A stretch of 32,000 nucleotides of DNA from Candidatus Saccharimonadota bacterium (GTDB lineage Bacteria > Patescibacteriota > Gracilibacteria > UBA4473): positions 150,001-182,000 of the forward strand of contig OZ245819.1 of assembly GCA_965228485.1 (NCBI GenBank). Reading direction: 5' to 3'. Made by a program: the position numbers and the translations under genes. The notes beneath the pieces are model-generated. The model saw nothing but the letters and a program-made list of their open reading frames with translations. It made no database searches and had not been told where the DNA came from. Shown in pieces: positions 25,575-31,865 of the stretch. Positions within the stretch are counted from its first letter, which is position 1. Every line of letters starts with the position of its first letter.

Positions 25575-26207
25575 ATGAGACACATGAAAAATTACGATGC
25601 AGAAATTATCGCTTGGCTAGAACAATCTGAAATCCTGAAGAATCAAGGCGAATCGGGAAAAGCTATTGAATTGCTTCAAAAAGTTATCATGGAAGAACCA
25701 AACTGTTCAGAAGCTTTTGAAGAGCTAGGGGATAACTATTTAAGTATCAGACAGGTAGAAAAGGCAAAAAAAGCCTTAGAAAGAGCTCTAGAGATTGCTC
25801 CAGACTCTTCGAATGCACATTATTTACTTGGATTTCTTTTTTCTCTTGAGGAAAACTGGAAGTCTTCGGTAACAGAGCTTCAAAAAGCAGACGAAATTTC
25901 ACCAAACCATCCAGAAATTTTACGATGCCTTGGATGGGCGGTTTACAATTCAAATCGTCGAAATCAAGGGATTTCTCTTTTAGAAAGATCAAGAAACCTA
26001 AACCCAAATGATCCCAATATCCTTTGTGATTTGGGAGTTTGTTATATGAATTCATTACAGTATCGAGAAGCGGAGAAGGTTTTTGAAAAAGCTTTAAAAC
26101 TCGATCCAAATTCGGAACAGGCTAAAGAGTGTCTAAAAATTCTTAAAGCTCTCAGGGAAGTACGTGATCTGGATGGTAACCAAGACAACACTAAAGGTTT
26201 GATTTAA
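25575..26207 (+). CDS. Tetratricopeptide (TPR) repeat protein
   Basis: The ORF opens at TTG 25563 and the first ATG is at 25575. Repeated 34-residue A/L/Y/P-patterned units are visible, for example 'AFEELGDNYLSIRQVEKAKKALERALEIAPDSS' and 'ILCDLGVCYMNSLQYREAEKVFEKALKLDPNS'. Confidence 0.75.
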   Translation: MRHMKNYDAEIIAWLEQSEILKNQGESGKAIELLQKVIMEEPNCSEAFEELGDNYLSIRQVEKAKKALERALEIAPDSSNAHYLLGFLFSLEENWKSSVTELQKADEISPNHPEILRCLGWAVYNSNRRNQGISLLERSRNLNPNDPNILCDLGVCYMNSLQYREAEKVFEKALKLDPNSEQAKECLKILKALREVRDLDGNQDNTKGLI

Positions 26208-26255
26208 TTGAGAATAAAGTTCAAAATAGGAGTGTATTCTTAATAAATAAAACTT

Positions 26256-26573
26256 ATGGCACAAGCAGTAACTCAAGGCGATTTTGATTCGGTTGTTCTG
26301 CAATCAAGTAAACCAGTATTGGTTGATTTTTGGGCGCCTTGGTGTGGTCCCTGTCAAATGCTTCTTCCAACGATCGAAGAACTTGCAGAAGAAATAGGAG
26401 ACATCGCAGAAATTGTAAAAATTAATGTAGATGAGGAAGCTGAACTGGCGAGTCAATATGGGGTTATGTCTATCCCAGCGCTCAAAGTCTTCAAAGATGG
26501 TGAAATTGTTGATGAAGCGGTTGGAGTTCAATCAAAAGATGATCTTCTGGCGATGCTTAAAAAGCACGCTTAA
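26256..26573 (+). CDS. trxA: Thioredoxin
   Basis: 105 aa with the active site 'WAPWCGPCQ' and 'SIPALKVFKDGE'. Confidence 0.9.
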   Translation: MAQAVTQGDFDSVVLQSSKPVLVDFWAPWCGPCQMLLPTIEELAEEIGDIAEIVKINVDEEAELASQYGVMSIPALKVFKDGEIVDEAVGVQSKDDLLAMLKKHA

Positions 26574-26767
26574 TAAAACTCCCTCAAAAAGTTTGAAATT
26601 TTTCACGCAATAAATATTTTTCTGAGGCTCTAATTTTAGAGTCTCAAATATCTCCCGACTTAAAGCGGAGAGCGAAGCGCGCTTTAAGGAGGAGAGGAAG
26701 AAATAACGACGTAAGTGAAATTAATGGCATTGCCATTCATGAAACGAACAAAGTTATCGATGACGAA

Positions 26768-26844
26768 CGGGGTGTAGCTCAGTTGGCTAGAGTGCATGGT
26801 TTGGGACCATGAGGTCGCAGGTTCGAGTCCTGTCTCCCCGACCA
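26768..26844 (+). tRNA. tRNA-Pro (anticodon TGG), CCA encoded
   Basis: CGGGGTG-TA-GCTCAGTTGGCTAGAGT-G-CATGGTTTGGGACCATG-AGGTC-GCAGGTTCGAGTCCTGT-CTCCCCG-ACCA. The cloverleaf is complete apart from a single U-U at positions 6:67. The anticodon loop is TT-TGG-GA. Confidence 0.9.
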
Positions 26845-26890
26845 GAAAAAGTTTGGTATCCTTGAATGGATAGCAGACTTTTTCTTTTCT
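26845..26890 (+). terminator. Two-tier hairpin plus T-rich tail directly after tRNA-Pro
   Basis: The outer stem gaaaaagt/actttttc (26845-26852 with 26877-26884) encloses the upper stem tatcc/ggata with a 6-nt loop. The tail is 'ttttct'. The architecture and opening 'gaaaaagttt' match the tRNA-Leu trailer. Confidence 0.55.
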
Positions 26891-27019
26891 GCTGAAGCCA
26901 ATGACTTGAACCGTTAAGGTTCGACACGAAAAACGATAGAGCGAAGCGATGAGTATTTGAGGGCTCTGTTGCCAAAGCTTTTGGCATAAAGAGAGTCCTG
27001 TCTCCTTTTCAAATCTTTG

Positions 27020-27066
27020 ATTTGGTGCTGAAGGCTTCGTTTTGAATTTTTGATTCAAATAAGAAG
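27020..27066 (+). repeat. Conserved tRNA-trailer element, copy B
   Basis: 'atttggtgctgaaggcttcgtt-ttgaatttttgattcaa-ataagaag' is the counterpart of 7057-7102 (minus strand). It has the same orientation relative to its tRNA. Confidence 0.6.
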
Positions 27067-27124
27067 TGTCCCATCTCCATACCTTCTCTCTTTTCATCCT
27101 TTCCAAATTTCCTCCTAATCCCAG

Positions 27125-27153
27125 TTGATTTTTTCCCTCATTTTTGCCAGAAT
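27125..27153 (+). promoter_or_regulatory. Sigma70-like promoter, leaderless
   Basis: TTGATT (27125-27130), 17-nt spacer, CAGAAT (27148-27153). 8 nt (cgcgcgcg) remain to ATG 27162. Confidence 0.35.
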
Positions 27154-27161
27154 CGCGCGCG

Positions 27162-28823
27162 ATGCGTTCAATGAAGACAAAAGTAAAAAGTACCCAAAAA
27201 TCCTCTCTATTCTTGGCTGGTTTAGGTTTGTTTGTTGTTGGAATCTTTGGTGGTCTCTTTACGCTGTATCAAACCTATTTCAAACATATTGATGAAATTG
27301 TAGGAGATGATTTTTGGTTTTATACAGAAGTTGATCTCTCGGTAAAACAGCTCAAAGCGCTTCAAGGACACTTTTCTGGAAATGGTGAAGTCCTAGAAAC
27401 TCTGGCGGTTCATGAGGAATTAGATTTCGAGACCTTGTCTCCTTGGGTAAAACACAAAGTTGCCTTTGGTCTTCTTAACGATGGGCATTTTGTTGGTGGA
27501 GCAAAATATAGAAACCGAATTGCGGCAGAAAAATTTATGTCGTCTTTCTTATTACCTGACGAAAGAATCGAATCGGAAGAAACTTCTGTTGGAACGATTT
27601 ATACACCCGCGTATTCTTCGCAACGGGCTTTCTTGTTTTATCGGGGTTGGTTGATCTGGAGTGATTCAAAATACACGCTTATGGAAGTACTGAGTAATGA
27701 AGAAAAGCTTAATGATGAAGAACACTTTGAGGCGCTAAAAAAAGACCTGCCCAAAGGAAAACTTTTTACGGCTTTTGTGAACCTGACACACTGGGAGCCA
27801 AGAGAGAATCTCGATTCAGATATTGCAGCGTATCGTCCGTTGTTACAGGCTTTTGGGAGTGTGATTCCAGCCTTTGGAGTGGTGGTGGAGCTTGAAGACG
27901 ATCGATTGATTTTTAATTCCAAAGCCCTGACTCATGAGGGCGTTTATGATGCTAATGATTACAAAGTGACCAATAGTACGGTTCCTGACCTGGCGTATTT
28001 TTCACCAAAAAATAGTCTTCTTTTCCTGAATGGGGCAAAGGTGTTTGATAAATACAAACACACCCAGGAATTCCTTTCGACGCTGGATCCTCAATTAGCG
28101 CTTGTTTTTGAAGGTGTTATTCGGGCTCAGTCGAATGAAATTTTCGGAGAAGGATTTGATTATGAAAATAATATCCTGGCCTATCTAAATCAAAACTATT
28201 CACTGATTATGGATTTTGAGAATCAGTTGGATTTTGGTTTTGTGGCTCAGATTGAGGCCAATAACGGAAACAAAGAAGCGATCAAAAGTGCTATTTTGAA
28301 AGCGCAAGCCCGATTTGAACCGACTCCAGAAGTGGTGGAACTTCCAGATGGTACTGAGCGGACAGAGCTAGTGGCTAAAGATATTTCTACCATTCCAGTA
28401 GAGAACAAGAAAGTAGGGGACTATGACTATTATGTGGTTAAGGGATTAAATGATGATGGTTTCTCATATGCCTTTATCGATCATTATTTTGTTTTTGCCA
28501 ATAACTCTGGGTATCTAGAAAAACTCCTTCAGACCTATCTAGATCAGAAACTTAGTTTGGCAGAAAATAGAGATTTTAGGCAATCGGTTCTCTTTGATTT
28601 TAAATCGGCTGAGAGTTATGGATTTATGAATATGCCAAAAGTCTTTGCGCTTTGGGATTGGATGAACGTCGTAGAAGAGGCGAGTCAGTCCCTGGAAGCA
28701 GCTGAAGAAGACACCGTTTCTACTTGGGAACAGTTACAGCCGTATGTACGAAATGTGACTTTCTCACGGATGGTTTATCCTGGGGAAGCGTATATTCAGG
28801 GGAATATTTTTCTTAACAATTAA
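27162..28823 (+). CDS. Hypothetical N-terminally membrane-anchored protein (about 553 aa)
   Basis: The ORF opens at TTG 27144 and the first ATG is at 27162. A basic N-terminus and one TM helix 'SLFLAGLGLFVVGIFGGLFTLY' are followed by a large soluble domain. I could not assign a family. Confidence 0.6.
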   Translation: MRSMKTKVKSTQKSSLFLAGLGLFVVGIFGGLFTLYQTYFKHIDEIVGDDFWFYTEVDLSVKQLKALQGHFSGNGEVLETLAVHEELDFETLSPWVKHKVAFGLLNDGHFVGGAKYRNRIAAEKFMSSFLLPDERIESEETSVGTIYTPAYSSQRAFLFYRGWLIWSDSKYTLMEVLSNEEKLNDEEHFEALKKDLPKGKLFTAFVNLTHWEPRENLDSDIAAYRPLLQAFGSVIPAFGVVVELEDDRLIFNSKALTHEGVYDANDYKVTNSTVPDLAYFSPKNSLLFLNGAKVFDKYKHTQEFLSTLDPQLALVFEGVIRAQSNEIFGEGFDYENNILAYLNQNYSLIMDFENQLDFGFVAQIEANNGNKEAIKSAILKAQARFEPTPEVVELPDGTERTELVAKDISTIPVENKKVGDYDYYVVKGLNDDGFSYAFIDHYFVFANNSGYLEKLLQTYLDQKLSLAENRDFRQSVLFDFKSAESYGFMNMPKVFALWDWMNVVEEASQSLEAAEEDTVSTWEQLQPYVRNVTFSRMVYPGEAYIQGNIFLNN

Positions 28824-28910
28824 TTACCGTTGAGAGCATAGATTTTTTGGGAACTATTTTTTTAGAGGGCATAATTTTGTGGCAGTGGTTGTTTGGACAA
28901 CAAGGATTAG

Positions 28911-28940
28911 TTGCTTGTGGGGATGTGTTTGAATTAGAAT
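28911..28940 (+). promoter_or_regulatory. Sigma70-like promoter for msrA
   Basis: TTGCTT (28911-28916), 18-nt spacer, TAGAAT (28935-28940). The -10 box overlaps ATG 28939 and ends 7 nt before the in-frame ATG 28948, which favours 28948 as a leaderless start. Confidence 0.35.
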
Positions 28941-29631
28941 GTTTGAGATGACAAAACACACGAAGAAGTATTTGGGGGTAGCGCTGTTCTTTTTGGGAAT
29001 GGCTGTTTTGGGAGTATTGGCGTATGAATTTACCCCTAAATACACCGCTCATAAATCTACCGAAATTCCTATGACCCAAACTCTAAACGCTACCACAAAC
29101 CAAACCGAAGCCATTGCTATTTTCTCGGGTGGATGTTTTTGGTGCTCGGAAAATCATTTCGAGAAACTAGAGGGCGTCACAGAGGTGATTTCAGGCTACA
29201 CAGGAGGCTCGGAAGAAGACCCAACCTACAAAGAGGTGTCTTCAGGCACAACGGGGCACAAAGAGGGGGTTTTGGTGAAATACAATCCTCAGGTGGTTTC
29301 TTATAACGAATTGGTGGATCATTTTTGGATGCACGTAAACCCAACCGATAGTGGGGGACAGTTCTATGATCGTGGTTCTCAGTACACCACGGCGATTTAT
29401 TATCTTGATGATGCTCAGAAAGACATTGCTACAAAAAATAAGAAGGCTCTCAGTGAAGCAGGTATTTATGAGAGTCCGATTGTTACCCCGATTCTACCAG
29501 CCAGGGATTTCTACCCAGCCGAAGACTATCATCAGGACTATTCGAAAAAGAATCCATTACGTTACAAATACTACACCGATGGTTCGGGGAGATATCAGTT
29601 TGTAGAGTCGGTTTGGGGGGAGGAGGATTAA
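28939..29631 (+). CDS. msrA: Peptide-methionine (S)-S-oxide reductase MsrA with N-terminal membrane anchor
   Basis: 'GGCFWCSENHFEKLEGVTEVISGYTGG' and 'YHQDY' are MsrA signatures. They are preceded by the TM helix 'YLGVALFFLGMAVLGVLAY'. The start is either ATG 28939 or ATG 28948. Confidence 0.9.
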   Translation: MFEMTKHTKKYLGVALFFLGMAVLGVLAYEFTPKYTAHKSTEIPMTQTLNATTNQTEAIAIFSGGCFWCSENHFEKLEGVTEVISGYTGGSEEDPTYKEVSSGTTGHKEGVLVKYNPQVVSYNELVDHFWMHVNPTDSGGQFYDRGSQYTTAIYYLDDAQKDIATKNKKALSEAGIYESPIVTPILPARDFYPAEDYHQDYSKKNPLRYKYYTDGSGRYQFVESVWGEED

Positions 29632-29711
29632 GATTTGATTAAGGTTTGTTCTTTAAAAATCTTGATAATAGATTCTAATTGATATATCTGTTTTTAACCT
29701 CAGATGTTAGA

Positions 29712-30398
29712 ATGAAGGTTCGTGAGAAAATACAACTTATTTCTGATATCGCTCAATTTTTTCAAGATAACTATAGCTATAATAAGATTTCTGAAATTTT
29801 ATCATATTTTGATTTACCTGAAAATGGAGATTACAATGGACCAAATAGTAAACGCCTGTATACAGAACATAAACTAAGAGGCGTTTCAGATGAAGTTATT
29901 CTTCAGATTGCCGAAGACTTTGATGTTCCTTTTACAATAACCAGGGATGGAACTGTGTTACCAAGAAATTGGCAAGATGATTCAAGTGTTAAGATTTTTA
30001 TTAGTCATTTATCAAAAGATAAAGATATAGCCAATAAAATAAAAAAAGAGTTATCTAATTATAATGCTACTTCGTTTGTCGCTCATGAAGATATTCATCC
30101 TACATCGGAATGGGAGAAAGAAATAAAAAAAGCTTTATCCACTATGGATATTTTTATATCTGTGCATACTTTAGGATTTTCTAAAAGTGTATGGTGTCAA
30201 CAGGAAGTTGGTTATGCAATTGGTTCTGGAAAGAAGGTTATTCCCGTAAAGTTTAATGAAAATCCACCAGGTTTTCTTTCTTCAATTCAAGCTCTTCCAC
30301 GTGGTAAAAAGACAGCCAAAGAGTTAATAGAAATTATCTTATTAATTTTAAAAGATGATAAAAATACTAATGAATTATATAAAAAATTACTAAATTAA
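29712..30398 (+). CDS. TIR-domain protein with an unassigned ~90-100-aa N-terminal domain
   Basis: The ORF opens at TTG 29679 and the first ATG is at 29712. The C-terminal region from about nt 29988 has the bacterial TIR pattern 'KIFISHLSKDKDIANKIKKEL...FVAHEDIHPTSEWEKEIKKAL..MDIFISVHT..FSKSVWCQQEVGYAIGSGKKVIPV'. The putative catalytic Glu is in 'WCQQE' at nt 30204-30206. Confidence 0.75.
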   Translation: MKVREKIQLISDIAQFFQDNYSYNKISEILSYFDLPENGDYNGPNSKRLYTEHKLRGVSDEVILQIAEDFDVPFTITRDGTVLPRNWQDDSSVKIFISHLSKDKDIANKIKKELSNYNATSFVAHEDIHPTSEWEKEIKKALSTMDIFISVHTLGFSKSVWCQQEVGYAIGSGKKVIPVKFNENPPGFLSSIQALPRGKKTAKELIEIILLILKDDKNTNELYKKLLN

Positions 30399-30404
30399 AT
30401 TTTA

Positions 30405-31529
30405 ATGACTGAATACAAAATACAGATATATGAAAAGAAAAAATATATTAGAAAATTAACTTTTTTGAATTTAAAAGAAGAGGTTACAAATTTTATGTAC
30501 AAAAGAACGGTTGCCGCCTCTTCCAGAGGTGATTTGTTATTTTTTGTTTTAATATTTTTTCTTTCTATCAAGTCAGAAAATAGCTCAAATTCTTTATTAA
30601 AGGATTTATTAGAGCAAAATATTGGGAGGTTAAAACTACTTAACGAAATGTTTGCAACAAAGAAAAATCAATTAAAAAAATATGAATATCGGGAGGTGGT
30701 TGAATCTTTAGGGCTTCAAAACTTGGTTAAGTATGATGTTATATTTTTGCTTATTGAGGCCATTGAGAATGCAGATTTATTAGAAGTAAAATATCGTGAT
30801 TATTTTTTAATGAATCCAGAATTGCTTAATCAATTAAATTACATTGTGGATTCTCATGGGAAAGATTTGTCAGAATTTTATACTGTTTTTAAGGGATTTG
30901 ATATAGAGGATGATAGATACAATTCAATTACTGGTCATTATTTAGATTTAAGTAAAAGTGTTTACCGTCCTATAAAAATGCGGACACGTCGGAAATTGGA
31001 TATCTCTTTGCAGCAATTTACAGAAATCACTCGAATTAAAAGTGAGAGTCCAATTCTTGTTGAGTTTATTCAATCTATTGATCCTCAAATAATTTTTGAA
31101 TTATGGGATAAGTATCATTTAGCTTCTTATATCCAATCGGTTTGGGTTGAAGCAAATAATTCACCTATAATTTCAAACTTTATAGGAGGCGGTGCTGCTG
31201 GAAGTATAGTGGCTTGGATTCAATGGAAAAATACGAAAGATCCAAATGAAAAAGATTTAATAAAAAAAGAGTTAGATAAACAAAAAGTGCTTTTTTTGGA
31301 AAGAGAAAACGAACTTCTTCGAGCTTTAAATCATTCGATAAAAACTACCCCTGAAAAATTAGCTAATGAAGTTAAGAAATTAAGAGAGGAGATATTAATT
31401 TTGAGAGAAAAAGAAAAAACAAAAGAGGAAAAAAGAATATACTCTTCTTTAAAGTTAGAGTTAAGAAATCTTGAAAATTTATCTGTGGTTGTGAACGATA
31501 AAATAGATTCGGAGATTACTGATTTTTAA
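30405..31529 (+). CDS. Hypothetical protein (374 aa) partnered with the TIR gene
   Basis: ATG lies 6 nt after the TIR stop. There are a short hydrophobic stretch 'LLFFVLIFFLSI', a Gly-rich hydrophobic segment 'IISNFIGGGAAGSIVAWIQW' and a K/E/L-rich coiled-coil-like C-terminus 'EKLANEVKKLREEILILREKEKTKEEK'. I see no known catalytic motif. Confidence 0.6.
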   Translation: MTEYKIQIYEKKKYIRKLTFLNLKEEVTNFMYKRTVAASSRGDLLFFVLIFFLSIKSENSSNSLLKDLLEQNIGRLKLLNEMFATKKNQLKKYEYREVVESLGLQNLVKYDVIFLLIEAIENADLLEVKYRDYFLMNPELLNQLNYIVDSHGKDLSEFYTVFKGFDIEDDRYNSITGHYLDLSKSVYRPIKMRTRRKLDISLQQFTEITRIKSESPILVEFIQSIDPQIIFELWDKYHLASYIQSVWVEANNSPIISNFIGGGAAGSIVAWIQWKNTKDPNEKDLIKKELDKQKVLFLERENELLRALNHSIKTTPEKLANEVKKLREEILILREKEKTKEEKRIYSSLKLELRNLENLSVVVNDKIDSEITDF

Positions 31530-31642
31530 TTTTTGATATAAATTTAAGAGAAAGGATGGGATTACTTAAGCTTTTGAAAAGTTTTTAGCGTGACTGTGTA
31601 TCGAACTCATCTTTCAGATACGGGTTCTCATTCTAACCAATA

Positions 31643-31681
31643 CAAAAATAGTTTTAGACTTGAAAGCCCAAAACTATTTTC
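31643..31681 (-). terminator. Intrinsic-terminator-like hairpin after tRNA-Ser
   Basis: A perfect 11-bp stem pairs aaaatagtttt (31645-31655) with aaaactatttt (31670-31680) around a 14-nt loop. It starts 2 nt after the CCA end and is followed by 'tttttg' on the minus strand, where the first four t pair within the stem. Confidence 0.6.
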
Positions 31682-31682
31682 G

Positions 31683-31772
31683 TGGCGGAGAGGATGGGAT
31701 TCGAACCCACGGTACCATTGCTGGTACACTCCCTTAGCAGGGGAGCGCTTTCGACCACTCAGCCACCTCTCC
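31683..31772 (-). tRNA. tRNA-Ser (anticodon GCT), CCA encoded
   Basis: The reverse complement reads GGAGAGGTGGCTGAGTGGTCGAAAGCGCTCCCCTGCTAAGGGAG-TGTACCAGCAATGGTACC-GTGGGTTCGAATCCCATCCTCTCCGCCA. It has a long variable arm and a CT-GCT-AA anticodon loop. Confidence 0.9.
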
Positions 31773-31865
31773 GTGTACGTTTTGTGGTTACTGTTAAACA
31801 GCCAGTGAATTCTAGATAAAAAGCTATCCCCGTCAAAAAATTTACTTTGCTTTTTTATTACCAGC

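Noticed and set aside
26959-26971. 'gagggctctgttg' resembles the 5' end of E. coli 4.5S (SRP) RNA.
   Set aside because: I could not find the conserved SRP domain IV features (GNRA tetraloop with flanking symmetric and asymmetric loops, 'GGAA...AGCAG'). The hairpin here closes on a 3-nt loop.
26684-27106. A 140-aa minus-strand ORF covering the tRNA-Pro locus.
   Set aside because: It runs antisense through tRNA-Pro ('GETGLEPATS') and the structured trailers. It has no homology, and nucleotide-level rather than frame-level conservation explains the region.
29611-29640. 'ggggggaggaggattaagatttgatt' at the msrA end partly resembles the tRNA-Ser 3' segment 'ggcggagaggatgggattcgaa' (31685-31705) in direct orientation. 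This could be an att-like repeat bounding the TIR cassette.
   Set aside because: Identity is patchy: an 'aggat' core plus 'gatt.ga', and gaps are needed to align it. The sequence lies within the msrA coding end, and no integrase is present. It is too weak to call an attachment site without a proper alignment and statistics.
31590-31808. A 72-aa plus-strand ORF.
   Set aside because: It is antisense read-through of tRNA-Ser ('GWDSNPRY'), which makes it an artefact.
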